Positions 1 through 9,060 of a DNA stretch of 44,428 nt are shown piece after piece. The first letter of the stretch is position 1, and every line of letters starts with the position of its first letter. A program made the translations under genes and the position numbers. The notes below the pieces were generated by a model, which was given only the letters and a program-made list of their open reading frames with translations, did not search any database and was not told where the DNA came from. This DNA comes from an uncultured Zetaproteobacteria bacterium (GTDB taxonomy: Bacteria; Pseudomonadota; Zetaproteobacteria; Mariprofundales; Mariprofundaceae), in contig CAYQMA010000001.1 of assembly GCA_964418535.1 (NCBI GenBank), positions 1 through 44,428 on the forward strand. Reading direction: 5' to 3'.

Positions 1-1118
1 GCGACCATGTGCTGCGCGGCCGGCACGCCGCTGTCGTGGCCGGCACCCACGGCAAGACCAGCACCGCCAGCATGCTGGCGCACATTCTCAATACGGCAGG
101 CCAGTCTCCGGGATTCCTGATCGGCGGCATTCCCGAAAACTTCGGCCGCCCCGCCCGCCTGGGCTCGGGCGCACCCTTCGTGCTGGAAGGCGACGAATAC
201 GACACCGCCTTCTTCGACAAACGCAGCAAATTCCTCCACTACCATGCTCGCACGCTGATCCTGAACAACCTCGAGTTCGATCATGCGGACATCTTTCCCG
301 ATCTCGCCGCCATTCAGCGCCAGTTTCACCATCTGGTGCGCACCGTGCCGGCCAGCGGGCGCATCGTCGTCAACGCCGACGACGCCAACCTGAAGACCGT
401 GCTGGATATGGGCTGCTGGACGCCGCTCATTCGCTTCGCCCGGCATGGCCGTCCGGATGTCGAATGGACGTGGGAGACGCTGGCCGATGACGGCACGCAT
501 TTCCGCCTGTGGCATGCAGGGCGCATGGCCTGCGATGTGCGCTGGAACGTGATTGGCGCGCACATGGCGGCCAATGCCTGCGCGGCCGCCGCCGCGGCGC
601 ATGCGTTGGGTGTCGCCTCAGACACCATCGAGCAGGCGCTGAATCGGTTCGCCGGCGTGCGGCGACGCATGACGCTGGTGGGCGAAGCTGGCGGCGTTCA
701 GGTCTTCGACGATTTCGCCCACCATCCCACGGCCATCGCCAACGTGGTTCGCTCAGCGCGCCGTCATATGCGCGGCGATGGTCGGCTGTGGGTACTGATC
801 GAACCTCGTTCGAACACCATGCAGACGCGCATCCACGAGTCCCGCCTGCCACGATGCTTCGATGAGGCGGACATCGTGATCTTCGTTCCGCCTCCCAAGG
901 CGCGCCAGGCAGGAAGCAACGGCGAATGGCTGGACGTGCGCGCCGTGTGCGCCGCCATCGGCGAGCATGCGCTCGTTCTCGAGGACGCCACCGCCGTCAT
1001 CCATTATGTCGCAACGCGCGCCAAGCCGGGCGACCGGGTGCTGGCGCTCTCCAATGGCGGCTTTGACAATATCCACCAACGCCTGCTCGCGGCCCTCTCA
1101 AACCAAACCTCCGTGTAA
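1..1118 (+). CDS. mpl: UDP-N-acetylmuramate:L-alanyl-gamma-D-glutamyl-meso-diaminopimelate ligase (Mpl), 5' partial; reading frame is open from the window start (codons from nt 3)
   Basis: Mur-ligase P-loop 'VAGTHGKTSTASMLAHIL', 'EGDEYDTAFFDKRSKFLHY' and 'DDFAHHPTA' are typical of Mpl/MurC-type ligases. The N-terminal domain is absent, so the gene is truncated by the window edge. Confidence 0.85.
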   Translation, partial: DHVLRGRHAAVVAGTHGKTSTASMLAHILNTAGQSPGFLIGGIPENFGRPARLGSGAPFVLEGDEYDTAFFDKRSKFLHYHARTLILNNLEFDHADIFPDLAAIQRQFHHLVRTVPASGRIVVNADDANLKTVLDMGCWTPLIRFARHGRPDVEWTWETLADDGTHFRLWHAGRMACDVRWNVIGAHMAANACAAAAAAHALGVASDTIEQALNRFAGVRRRMTLVGEAGGVQVFDDFAHHPTAIANVVRSARRHMRGDGRLWVLIEPRSNTMQTRIHESRLPRCFDEADIVIFVPPPKARQAGSNGEWLDVRAVCAAIGEHALVLEDATAVIHYVATRAKPGDRVLALSNGGFDNIHQRLLAALSNQTSV

Positions 1119-1177
1119 GATCCCGAGGCCTTGTCCGACTGCCTCTGCAGACGCCAACAGGCGCAAGGAGGCTGAAA

Positions 1178-1636
1178 ATGCATATCGGAAAAACCATGAT
1201 CGCCGGCTTCATCGCCACCGTCATCCTCTCCGCCCTCATGATCGCGAAGATGCTGATGGGGCTGATGCCGGAATTGAACGCCATTCGCATGCTGACCGCC
1301 ATGGCCCACGGCATGCTTGGCACGCCGGCCACGCCGATTGTCGGATGGTTGCTGCACTTCTTCATCGGCTCGGTGCTGTGGGGCGGCCTATTCGCCCTGA
1401 TCGGTCATCGTCTCCCCGGCGGGCCGATCGCCCGGGGCGCGGTGTTCGGCACCCTGGCCTGGGTGCTGATGATGGTGCTGGTCATGCCCATGGCGGGCGC
1501 GGGGCTGTTCGGCCTGCATCTGGGGCTTATGGCCCCGGTCATGACGCTGGTGCTGCACCTGATCTACGGCGCGGTGCTAGGGCTGGCATCCGACCGCTTG
1601 ACTCAGGCCGGCGCACCCACGCATGCCCACGCCTGA
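1178..1636 (+). CDS. Small hydrophobic integral membrane protein of unknown function (about 4 predicted TM helices)
   Basis: 152-aa ORF dominated by hydrophobic stretches (e.g. 'MIAGFIATVILSALMIA', 'AWVLMMVLVMPMAGAGLFG'). AGGAGG Shine-Dalgarno about 8 nt upstream of the ATG. No family recognised with confidence. Confidence 0.6.
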   Translation: MHIGKTMIAGFIATVILSALMIAKMLMGLMPELNAIRMLTAMAHGMLGTPATPIVGWLLHFFIGSVLWGGLFALIGHRLPGGPIARGAVFGTLAWVLMMVLVMPMAGAGLFGLHLGLMAPVMTLVLHLIYGAVLGLASDRLTQAGAPTHAHA

Positions 1637-1658
1637 CGAAACTCGCAGCAGGCGAGTG

Positions 1659-1684
1659 CGGGAAGGCTCCGGCCTTCCCGTTTC
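1659..1684 (+). terminator. Putative intrinsic terminator hairpin after the membrane protein gene
   Basis: Perfect 9-bp stem CGGGAAGGC/GCCTTCCCG (1659-1667 with 1672-1680), loop TCCG, followed by TTTC. The U-tract is short. Confidence 0.45.
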
Positions 1685-1744
1685 AGGCACTCCCCTTGCT
1701 GGATGCGCGATGAAACCGTAAGCTTCGCCGCCTTCCGCTGGCGC

Positions 1745-1837
1745 GGAGAGGTACCGAAGCGGTCATAACGGCACCGACTCGAAATCGGTTGGGCGGGTAA
1801 CACTGCCACGTGGGTTCGAATCCCACCCTCTCCGCCA
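1745..1837 (+). tRNA. tRNA-Ser, anticodon CGA, type II with long variable arm, CCA encoded
   Basis: Hand-folded cloverleaf. Acceptor GGAGAGG/CCTCTCC, 3-bp D stem CCG/CGG, anticodon stem ACCGA/TCGGT with loop CUCGAAA. Variable arm GGCGG-GTAACA-CTGCC, T arm GTGGG-TTCGAAT-CCCAC, discriminator G then CCA. Confidence 0.93.
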
Positions 1838-1984
1838 TTTTTTCCTTTCCTTCGTTCCAAACGCACTGCCCCAACACGGTTGCAAGTCTGTTCGCCGTTC
1901 CGGTCGCTCGTCCGAGGCGGAAAAAGCGCTTGCTTTCCGGCATGCATTGTTGTCAAGATGCGTGTTATATGAGGGTTCATCCAC

Positions 1985-4489
1985 TTGAAAAACATGGACT
2001 TTTGGAAGACTGACTGGTTTGCTGGCCTGGCGTTCACGCTGCTGTTCATTGCGGCGTTTGTGCTCTGGAACCCTCTGGATGCTCTGGAAAAGAAAGCCTA
2101 TGACCTCGGCGTATCCATCAACGCGCAAACTGCGGACTCCGGGGTGGCTGTAATCGCCATTGACGACGCCTCCATCGCCCGCATCGGGCGCTGGCCCTGG
2201 CCGCGCGCCGTGATGGCCGCCATGATAGACCGTTTGTCTGACACCGGCGCGCGGGCCATCGGCGTGGACATCTTGTTCAGCGCAGCGCAAACCGATCAGG
2301 ATTTGCAAGCCTTTCATCGGCTGACCCGCGACCTGGCCTTGAAGGGGGATGCGGAGACCCGAAAACTCCTCAGGGAAGCGAAACAGTCGCTGGACATGGA
2401 CCAGGCGCTTGTCCAATCAACGCAACGAGCCAGCAACGTGGTGATGCCGCTCTTTTTCGAGCCCGGCAAGCCACAAGGACGCTCCCCCAATCCCTTGCCC
2501 GATTACATTCGTCGCATGCGCATTCGCCATGTACGCCAAAGCCATGCGGCGACGTTTCTGACCGCCGGGGACATACGCCATCCCTTCCCGGAACTGGCCA
2601 GAGCGGCGGCGGCTCTGGGGCATCTGAACGCCATCGAGCATCGCGGCGTGGTTCGGGCAGCGCCCTTGGTGATGGCTTATGGCGGGGAGCTGTATCCATC
2701 GATGGCATTGATGCTGGCCGCGCAGGCGTTGCACCTGCATATCGATGATCTGGCGGTGAATGCCGGCGAAAGCGTCGCGCTTGGCCGGCGCACATTGTTG
2801 ACGGATTCGTCCATGCGTCTGTATCCAGCCTTTTGCCGCGCCGCGGATGGCGGCCCCGCCTTTCGCACCTATTCCTTCTACGATGTCTATGCGGGCAGCA
2901 TCGCCCCCGCCCGGTTCAAGGACAAGGTGGTGCTGATTGGCGTCACGGCGGCAGGCATCGGCGAACGCTTCGCCACCCCGGTTGGCGAACGAATGTCTGG
3001 CGTGACACTGCAGGCGCATGTGCTCGACAGCATCCTGCATGGCCGGTTTTTTACGCATCCAGCCTGGTCGCGGTGGGTTGAAATCGGGCTACTGGCCCTG
3101 GTTGGTTTGTATCTGATGCTGGCATTGCCGCGCATCCAGCCGGGCCCGGCCGCAGCGCTGTCGCTGCTTTTGTTGGCATTGCTGATCGGCACGGAGTTTG
3201 CGCTGCTCACAAGCCGGATGATCTGGGTTCAGACCATGACGGCGACCGCGATGTTGATCGCGGGCCACCTGACCCTCACCGCCAAACGCTTTTTCGCGGC
3301 CGAAAGCGATCAGCGGCAGGCACGCGTTGACCTGGCCGAAACCAACAAGATGCTGGGGCTGTCCTTCCAGAGTCAGGGCATGCTGGACATGGCCTTCGAC
3401 AAGTTTCGCAAGTGCCCGGTCAATGAGGACATCCTGGCCGTGCTCTACAATCTGGCGCTGGACTTCGAGCGCAAGCGGCAATTCAACAAGGCGTCCGCCG
3501 TTTACGAATACATGATTGAGCACGAACCCGACTACAAGGATGTGCAGGCGCGGCTGGAACGCGCGAAAACGGCCGGCGAAACCATGATCTTCGGCGCTGG
3601 CGCCACCGGCGGCGGCATGTCCGCGCTGCTGGTCACCGGCGGCGCCAGGCCCACCCTGGGGCGCTATGAAATCATCAAGGAACTCGGCAAGGGCGCGATG
3701 GGCGCCGTTTACCTCGGTCGCGATCCCAAAATCAACCGCGACGTCGCCATCAAAACCATGGCGCTGTCGCAGGAATTCGAGGCCGACGAGCTGGAGGAGG
3801 TCAAGAAGCGCTTCTTTCGCGAGGCCGAAACAGCCGGCCGCCTGAACCACCCGAACATTGTCACCATCTACGATGCCGGCGAGGAGCACGACCTGGCCTA
3901 CATCGCGATGGAACTGCTCTCCGGCACCGATTTGTCGCCGTTCACCAAGCCCGGCAAGCTGATGCCGCCTGTAGCGGCGCTGAAGATCTGCGGCAAGGTG
4001 GCCGAAGCACTGCACTATGCTCATGCCCATGATGTGGTGCATCGCGACATCAAGCCTGCCAACATCATGCTGCTCAAGGACAAAACCGTGAAGGTCACCG
4101 ATTTCGGCATTGCCCGCATCACGGCCTCCAGCAAGACCAAGACTGGCGTGGTGCTGGGCACGCCATCGTACATGTCTCCCGAACAACTGTCGGGCCGGCA
4201 CGTGGACGGACGTTCCGATCTGTTCTCCCTGGGGGCGACGCTTTATGAACTGCTGGCCGGCGTGCGTCCGTTCCGCGGCGATTCGATGGCCAGTCTGATG
4301 TTCAAGATCGCCAATGAGCCGCATCCGGACATTCGCGAATACCGTCCGGAATTGCCGGAAGAAGTCGCCAGACTGATCGACCAACTGCTGGCCAAGGAAC
4401 CTGACGCGCGCTTCGCCACGGGCGGCGAGGTCGTGCGCGCCATCATCGAATGCCTCAGGGCATTCCCCGCTGGAGGGCAACGAACATGA
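1985..4489 (+). CDS. Membrane sensor Ser/Thr protein kinase: N-terminal CHASE2-like extracytoplasmic domain, TM helices, TPR-like linker, C-terminal Hanks-type kinase
   Basis: C-terminal kinase motifs 'LGKGAMGAVYLG', 'VAIK', 'HRDIKPANIML', 'DFGIAR', 'GTPSYMSPEQ'. The N-terminal roughly 360 aa, followed by hydrophobic helices ('IGLLALVGLYLMLALP', 'ALSLLLLALLIGTEFALL'), fit the CHASE2 layout. TTG start with a GAGGG SD 9 nt upstream; ATG at 1994 is an alternative. Confidence 0.85.
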   Translation: MKNMDFWKTDWFAGLAFTLLFIAAFVLWNPLDALEKKAYDLGVSINAQTADSGVAVIAIDDASIARIGRWPWPRAVMAAMIDRLSDTGARAIGVDILFSAAQTDQDLQAFHRLTRDLALKGDAETRKLLREAKQSLDMDQALVQSTQRASNVVMPLFFEPGKPQGRSPNPLPDYIRRMRIRHVRQSHAATFLTAGDIRHPFPELARAAAALGHLNAIEHRGVVRAAPLVMAYGGELYPSMALMLAAQALHLHIDDLAVNAGESVALGRRTLLTDSSMRLYPAFCRAADGGPAFRTYSFYDVYAGSIAPARFKDKVVLIGVTAAGIGERFATPVGERMSGVTLQAHVLDSILHGRFFTHPAWSRWVEIGLLALVGLYLMLALPRIQPGPAAALSLLLLALLIGTEFALLTSRMIWVQTMTATAMLIAGHLTLTAKRFFAAESDQRQARVDLAETNKMLGLSFQSQGMLDMAFDKFRKCPVNEDILAVLYNLALDFERKRQFNKASAVYEYMIEHEPDYKDVQARLERAKTAGETMIFGAGATGGGMSALLVTGGARPTLGRYEIIKELGKGAMGAVYLGRDPKINRDVAIKTMALSQEFEADELEEVKKRFFREAETAGRLNHPNIVTIYDAGEEHDLAYIAMELLSGTDLSPFTKPGKLMPPVAALKICGKVAEALHYAHAHDVVHRDIKPANIMLLKDKTVKVTDFGIARITASSKTKTGVVLGTPSYMSPEQLSGRHVDGRSDLFSLGATLYELLAGVRPFRGDSMASLMFKIANEPHPDIREYRPELPEEVARLIDQLLAKEPDARFATGGEVVRAIIECLRAFPAGGQRT

Positions 4490-5304
4490 ACGCGCCGCTG
4501 GAAATGCATGCAGTGACCGATGTGGGCGTGAAACGCGACCACAACGAGGATTGCGTGAGCATCACGCCCAGCCACGGCTTTGCGGTGCTCGCCGATGGCA
4601 TGGGCGGCCATAATGCCGGCGAGGTGGCCAGCTCCATGGCCGTGGACATCATCACCCGCTATCTCAAGGAGCATCTGGATCGCATTCCCGAAGCGGCACT
4701 GGATCCCGAAACAGGCTTCACCCGCGAGTCCATTCTGGCCCGGGATGCCGTAAGCATGGGCAACGCCGCCATCTATGAGACGGCGCAGCAGCGCCCGGAA
4801 TGCATGGGCATGGGCACCACAGTCGTCGTCGCCATGTTCTATGGCGACCGGCTCACCGCCGTCAACGTCGGCGACTCGCGCATGTATCGGCTGCGAGGCG
4901 ATTACCTGACCCATATCACCGAGGATCATTCGCTGATTCAGGAGCAGGTTCGGCGCGGTCTGCTGACCGCTGAAGACGCGCGCAATTCGGCCATCAAGAA
5001 TCTGGTCACGCGAGCGCTCGGCGTGGAACCGGACGTGGAGCCGGATATCGTGGAAGACCTGACTCGGCCGGGCGATCTGTATCTGTTGTGTTCCGACGGT
5101 CTGACGGATGTGGTTCCGGACGAGGCCATTCGCCTGACCATGACCCAGCACCCGAATGACCTGCCCAAAATCGCATCGCAGCTCATCCAACTGGCCAACG
5201 ACGCCGGCGGGCCGGACAACATCTCGGTCATACTCATCCGGGTGAACAGCAGCTATCATCGCAAACAGGGCTTTCTGTCGCGTCTGTTCCGGCGGAAACC
5301 ATGA
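4486..5304 (+). CDS. PP2C-family Ser/Thr protein phosphatase (Stp-like)
   Basis: 'TDVGVKRDHNEDC', 'LADGMGGHNAGEVAS', 'GDSRMYR', 'LLCSDGLTD', 'GGPDNISVI'. The ATG at 4486 overlaps the kinase stop codon (ATGA). Confidence 0.9.
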   Translation: MNAPLEMHAVTDVGVKRDHNEDCVSITPSHGFAVLADGMGGHNAGEVASSMAVDIITRYLKEHLDRIPEAALDPETGFTRESILARDAVSMGNAAIYETAQQRPECMGMGTTVVVAMFYGDRLTAVNVGDSRMYRLRGDYLTHITEDHSLIQEQVRRGLLTAEDARNSAIKNLVTRALGVEPDVEPDIVEDLTRPGDLYLLCSDGLTDVVPDEAIRLTMTQHPNDLPKIASQLIQLANDAGGPDNISVILIRVNSSYHRKQGFLSRLFRRKP

Positions 5305-6053
5305 CAGCGGCGACGGAGCTACGGAGGAATGCCATGGCATGCAAGTTCGTCCTGAAATTCAAGGATTCGGTGATTGCCGAATACAGCCTGAATCAGGAAG
5401 AAACGACCATTGGCCGCAAGCCGGAAAACGATATCCATATCGACAACCTGGCGGTTAGCGGACGCCATGCCCGCGTGATGATGCTCGGCGGCAAGGCCGT
5501 GATCGAGGATCTCGGCAGCACCAACGGCACCTTCGTCAATCACAAGCGCATCACCAGACACGTGCTGCAACATGGCGATCATGTGCTGATCGGCAAGCAC
5601 ACCCTCACCTTTATTGACATGGAGGCCGGCAAACCGCAAGCGGCGCAGGCGGAAGATGCCCCGACCGATCCCGACAAGACCATGATCCTGACGCCCCAAG
5701 CCCGGGCGGCCATGCTGGGCGGCGAACGCCGGGTTCCGGCCATGCCTCTGGCCTCGGTGCAGATTCTTGCAGGCTCGTTGCTTGGCAAGAGCTACGAACT
5801 GAGCGCCTCGCTCACCACCATCGGCAAGGGCAGCAACTGCAAGATCAAGGTCAAGGGATTCACGGTGGGCAAACAGGCGGCCGTCATCACCCGCCGCCCC
5901 ACCGGCTACCACATCACCTATCTCGAAGGATTTGCCAAACCCAGGGTGAACGGCGAAACCATCGGCGCAGAACCGCGAACGTTGAAGGACGGCGACATCA
6001 TCGAGATTGGCGACACCAAGATGGAGTTCTTCATCAAGGAACCGGCGAGCTGA
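5301..6053 (+). CDS. FHA domain protein: canonical N-terminal FHA plus a degenerate C-terminal FHA-like domain
   Basis: 'TIGRKPENDIHIDNLAVSGRHARV...DLGSTNGTFVNHKRI' is a canonical FHA. The C-terminal 'TTIGKGSNCKIKV...PRVNGETI...DGDIIEIGDTKMEF' is FHA-like. The ATG at 5301 overlaps the phosphatase stop (ATGA); ATG at 5334 is an alternative start. Confidence 0.85.
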   Translation: MTAATELRRNAMACKFVLKFKDSVIAEYSLNQEETTIGRKPENDIHIDNLAVSGRHARVMMLGGKAVIEDLGSTNGTFVNHKRITRHVLQHGDHVLIGKHTLTFIDMEAGKPQAAQAEDAPTDPDKTMILTPQARAAMLGGERRVPAMPLASVQILAGSLLGKSYELSASLTTIGKGSNCKIKVKGFTVGKQAAVITRRPTGYHITYLEGFAKPRVNGETIGAEPRTLKDGDIIEIGDTKMEFFIKEPAS

Positions 6054-6078
6054 CGAAGCGGCCGGTCGTCACCGTCCG

Positions 6079-7242
6079 CTACGAACGGGCGTGAACGTCG
6101 AACAGGCGCCGGTACTCATCCAGTGCGTAGCGATCCGTCATGCCGGCGATATAGTCGGCGATGGCGCGCGCCCGCGAGGCGTCGTCTCCCTGTTCGGGCG
6201 TCCGGCCCAACACGCCCGGCGGCAACATGGCCGGATTCTCCATGTAGGCGCAAAACAGATCCTGCACCACCCGGCGCGCCTTCTCGGCCATCCGCACCAC
6301 CCGGTAATGACGATACATGTTGCGGAACAAAAAGCGCTTCAGGCCGGCGTTCAAATGCAGGACATCGCGCGAAAAGGCGACCAGCGGCTTGTCCGCCCGA
6401 CGCACGTCATCCAGCGTTTCGATGCCCGCATCGCGAAGCCTGCGCGTGGTTTCCTCAACCACGTCCACAATCAGGAAATTGATCATCCGCCGCACCGTCT
6501 CATGCACGGCGGTGGCATCATCCACCTGCGGGTACCGTTCGCGCACGCGTTCGTGATGCATCGCAAACAAGGGCACTGAGGCCAGCATCTCCATATCGAG
6601 GATGCCGGCTCGGAAACCGTCATCCACATCGTGATTGTTGTAGGCGATCTCATCCGCCAGATTGGCCACCTGCGCTTCCAGCGTGGCCTGTTCATCCAGC
6701 CGGTATTCGGCCAGGTCGGCATTGCGGGGCGTATCATGCGGCGAGGTGTGTTTGACAATGCCCTCGCGGGTTTCGAAGCTCAGGTTCAAGCCCGGAAATT
6801 CCGCATAGCGCCGCTCCAGTTTCTCGATCACGCGCAGCGACTGGCGGTTGTGTTCGAATCCGCCGTATGGCTTCATCACCTCGTCCAGCGCATCCTGGCC
6901 CGAGTGCCCGAACGGCGTGTGCCCCAGATCATGCGCCAGCGCCACGCCCTCGCCCAGATCCTCGTGCAGGCGAAGGGTGCGGCAAATGGAACGCGCAATC
7001 TGGGCCACTTCGATGGAATGGGTCAGTCGCGTGCGATAATGATCGCCCTCGTGATTGACGAACACCTGGGTCTTGTATTCCAGCCGACGGAACGCCGCAG
7101 AATGGATGATGCGATCGCGATCGCGCTGAAACATGTTGCGCGCTGGCGATTCCTCCTCCGGATAGCGTCGTCCGCGCGAAAGCGATGAACGACAGGCCCA
7201 CGGCGCCAAGGTGGATTCGTACAGATATTCCTGCCCGCTCAC
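6079..7242 (-). CDS. dgt: Deoxyguanosinetriphosphate triphosphohydrolase-like protein (HD domain)
   Basis: 'RDRDRIIHSAAFRRLEYKTQVF', 'HYRTRLTHSIEVAQI', 'AHDLGHTPFGH', 'YIAGMTDRYA'. The GTG start overlaps the pyrF stop (GTGA). Confidence 0.9.
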   Translation of the reverse strand: MSGQEYLYESTLAPWACRSSLSRGRRYPEEESPARNMFQRDRDRIIHSAAFRRLEYKTQVFVNHEGDHYRTRLTHSIEVAQIARSICRTLRLHEDLGEGVALAHDLGHTPFGHSGQDALDEVMKPYGGFEHNRQSLRVIEKLERRYAEFPGLNLSFETREGIVKHTSPHDTPRNADLAEYRLDEQATLEAQVANLADEIAYNNHDVDDGFRAGILDMEMLASVPLFAMHHERVRERYPQVDDATAVHETVRRMINFLIVDVVEETTRRLRDAGIETLDDVRRADKPLVAFSRDVLHLNAGLKRFLFRNMYRHYRVVRMAEKARRVVQDLFCAYMENPAMLPPGVLGRTPEQGDDASRARAIADYIAGMTDRYALDEYRRLFDVHARS

Positions 7243-7913
7243 GGCCGCGCCGCCTCCATCATGGCCAGCGCTTCACGGGCGGCGCGGGCTGGATCGTCCG
7301 CACTCAGAATGGGGCGGCCGACCACCAGCACATCCGCACCGGCGCGAACAGCTGCGCCGGGGTCGGCAATCCGTTGCTGATCGCCCGCATCCTGATCGCC
7401 CCAGCGGATGCCCGGCGTCACGGTCAGAAAATCCGGGCCGCAGGCCTGTTTGATCGCGCCCACTTCGTGCACGCTGCACACCACGCCGTTCAATCCGGCG
7501 TCACGGGCCATCCGCGCCCGTGCCACGGCCTCGCGTCTGGCTTCCTCCGCCGGCATGTCGCTGCTGGTCAACACCGTCACGGCGATCAGCCGCATGTCCG
7601 GAAAGCGGCTCGCCGCCTCGGCCGCCGCCCGCAGCATCGCCGTTCCGCCAGCGGCATGCACATTGAGCATGTCCACGCCCAAGGCGCCGGCGCTTTCCAC
7701 CGCCCGGGCGACGGTGTTCGGAATATCATGGAACTTCAGATCGAGAAAGATGCGATGCGTGCGCGCAAGTTCCCGCACCAGCGCCGGCCCCTCGGCCACG
7801 AACAGTTGCAAGCCGACCTTCAGCCAGCCTGCCGTATCGCCAATCCGCTCCCGCATCGCCAGCGCGCGGGCGCTTTCCGGCACATCCAAAGCCACCATCA
7901 ACCGGTTTTTCAT
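7239..7913 (-). CDS. pyrF: Orotidine 5'-phosphate decarboxylase
   Basis: 'MKNRLMVALDV', 'FLDLKFHDIPNTV', 'VVGRPI'. The ATG at 7913 overlaps the lapB stop (ATGA). The longer 7952 start in the ORF track is rejected. Confidence 0.92.
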   Translation of the reverse strand: MKNRLMVALDVPESARALAMRERIGDTAGWLKVGLQLFVAEGPALVRELARTHRIFLDLKFHDIPNTVARAVESAGALGVDMLNVHAAGGTAMLRAAAEAASRFPDMRLIAVTVLTSSDMPAEEARREAVARARMARDAGLNGVVCSVHEVGAIKQACGPDFLTVTPGIRWGDQDAGDQQRIADPGAAVRAGADVLVVGRPILSADDPARAAREALAMMEAARP

Positions 7914-9055
7914 TTCAGCCGCTCCTCCCGGATGGGGCGCATGCTCCCCCATTCATGACATTGCGGACACTGCCAACGCATGCTCATGACTTCCACGCCG
8001 CAGGTGCCGCAGGTGAAATTGCGCGAACTCGCATGCCAGCGGCGCGCAGCCCGCGTCTCGGCATCATCTTCTCCCACAATCGCCCGAAGATGCAGCAACG
8101 TACGCAGGCTCTCCGGCCTGAACTCCAGCTCATCCACCAGCGCGCGCGCCGCTTGCACGCCGTCGCGCTCGGCCACGGCCCGAATCCATTCCAGCGCCAG
8201 CACCTCATCCCTGCCATTGCGCCAGCACGAGATCAGAAACGCCTTGCCGCGCCGCTCATACAGCTTTGGACGCTCGATCAGAATGCGCGGAACCAGCGGC
8301 AGATATTCCGGCGAATCCCGGCGCAACGCCTCCAGACTTGCAAACGCCGCTTTTTCATCATCGCGATCCAGCGCCATATCGGCCAGCAACAAGTGCGCCG
8401 CGGCGCAAGCCCCGTTGGTCTCAATGGCCCGGCACACCGTTTCCCCGGCTTGCTCTTCGTCGCCCCGGGCGCGCTCGGCACGCGCCTGCTCGGTCAGCAG
8501 ATAAGCCTTGTGCAAGGAAGAATCCGTGCCGCGCACGCGATCCAGACGATCGAGCACCTGCACCGCCTCCGCCCACTCCTGCTGCTGCTCGCGGATGCGC
8601 AGCGTGGCCTCCAGCGCCCCGACATGACCCGGATCCATCGCCAGCACCTTGTCATATTCGCGCAGCGCCCGCCCCAACAAGCCGCCGGCCTGGAAATCCA
8701 GCGCCAGCGCGGCCTGGGCGCTCATCCGCAAATCATCGGAGATGCCCGGTCGGGCCAGCAGATTCTGATGGATGCGCACGGCGCGTCCGAATTCGCCCTT
8801 GTTGCGAAAGAGGTCGCCCAAGGCCAGATACACCTCGGCGGTCTCGGTCTGCAGGCGGGCCACGCGCACCAGTTCCTGCAGGGCCCGATCCGGCTCATCG
8901 GAGAGCAGATAGTTGATGCCTTTCAGCAACGGAGACACCCGCGCATCTTCGGGCGGGCTCTCTTCCCCGGCTTCGTCTTCGTGCCGGTACTGCCACCAGA
9001 ACAGTCCCGCCACCGCCGCCAACGCGACGAGCGCCAGAATCAGCGTCCAGTTCAT
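7910..9055 (-). CDS. lapB: Lipopolysaccharide assembly protein B (LapB/YciM): N-terminal TM helix, TPR repeats, C-terminal rubredoxin-like zinc site
   Basis: N-terminal helix 'MNWTLILALVALAAVAGLFWW', TPR-like repeats, and C-terminal 'CGTCG...WQCPQCHEW'. Position downstream of lapA and ihfB and upstream of pyrF is the conserved proteobacterial arrangement. Confidence 0.9.
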   Translation of the reverse strand: MNWTLILALVALAAVAGLFWWQYRHEDEAGEESPPEDARVSPLLKGINYLLSDEPDRALQELVRVARLQTETAEVYLALGDLFRNKGEFGRAVRIHQNLLARPGISDDLRMSAQAALALDFQAGGLLGRALREYDKVLAMDPGHVGALEATLRIREQQQEWAEAVQVLDRLDRVRGTDSSLHKAYLLTEQARAERARGDEEQAGETVCRAIETNGACAAAHLLLADMALDRDDEKAAFASLEALRRDSPEYLPLVPRILIERPKLYERRGKAFLISCWRNGRDEVLALEWIRAVAERDGVQAARALVDELEFRPESLRTLLHLRAIVGEDDAETRAARRWHASSRNFTCGTCGVEVMSMRWQCPQCHEWGSMRPIREERLK

Positions 9056-9060
9056 GCGCG

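Noticed and set aside
1938-1984. Sigma70 promoter upstream of the CHASE2-kinase gene (TTGTCA ... TATATG)
   Set aside because: The candidate -35 and -10 hexamers are only about 10-13 nt apart, far from the 17 +/- 1 nt optimum, so I do not report it as a feature.
1603-2416. Minus-strand ORFs 1603-2049, 1683-1943 and 1763-2416, which overlap the tRNA-Ser gene and the kinase 5' end
   Set aside because: They run antisense through a well-folded tRNA and the start of a motif-supported CDS. They have no SD sequence and an artefact-like composition.
3089-4480. Very long antisense or out-of-frame ORFs opposite or within recognised genes: 3089-4480(-), 7955-9385(+), 15410-17119(+), 32398-34245(+), 36069-37610(+), 40316-41836(-), 41763-43646(+), 41866-42843(-). 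Many shorter ones also appear in the track.
   Set aside because: Each lies over a gene with clear conserved motifs (kinase, lapB, pheA, polA, hemA, TolC-like, RND). Their translations are Arg/His/Gln/Pro/Gly-rich and low in complexity, with no recognisable motifs. Long stop-free antisense frames are expected in DNA this GC-rich.
1745-6053. tRNA-Ser as the integration site of a genomic island carrying the kinase/phosphatase/FHA genes
   Set aside because: I found no integrase or recombinase gene and no direct repeat of the tRNA 3' end downstream. By eye there is no obvious compositional break between this segment and the flanking housekeeping genes.
1985-6053. Interpreting the kinase/PP2C/FHA triad as the PpkA/PppA/Fha1 switch of a type VI secretion system
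   Set aside because: No T6SS structural genes (tssA-M, hcp, vgrG, clpV) occur anywhere in the 44-kb window. The kinase also has a CHASE2 sensor rather than the PpkA von Willebrand-type domain.
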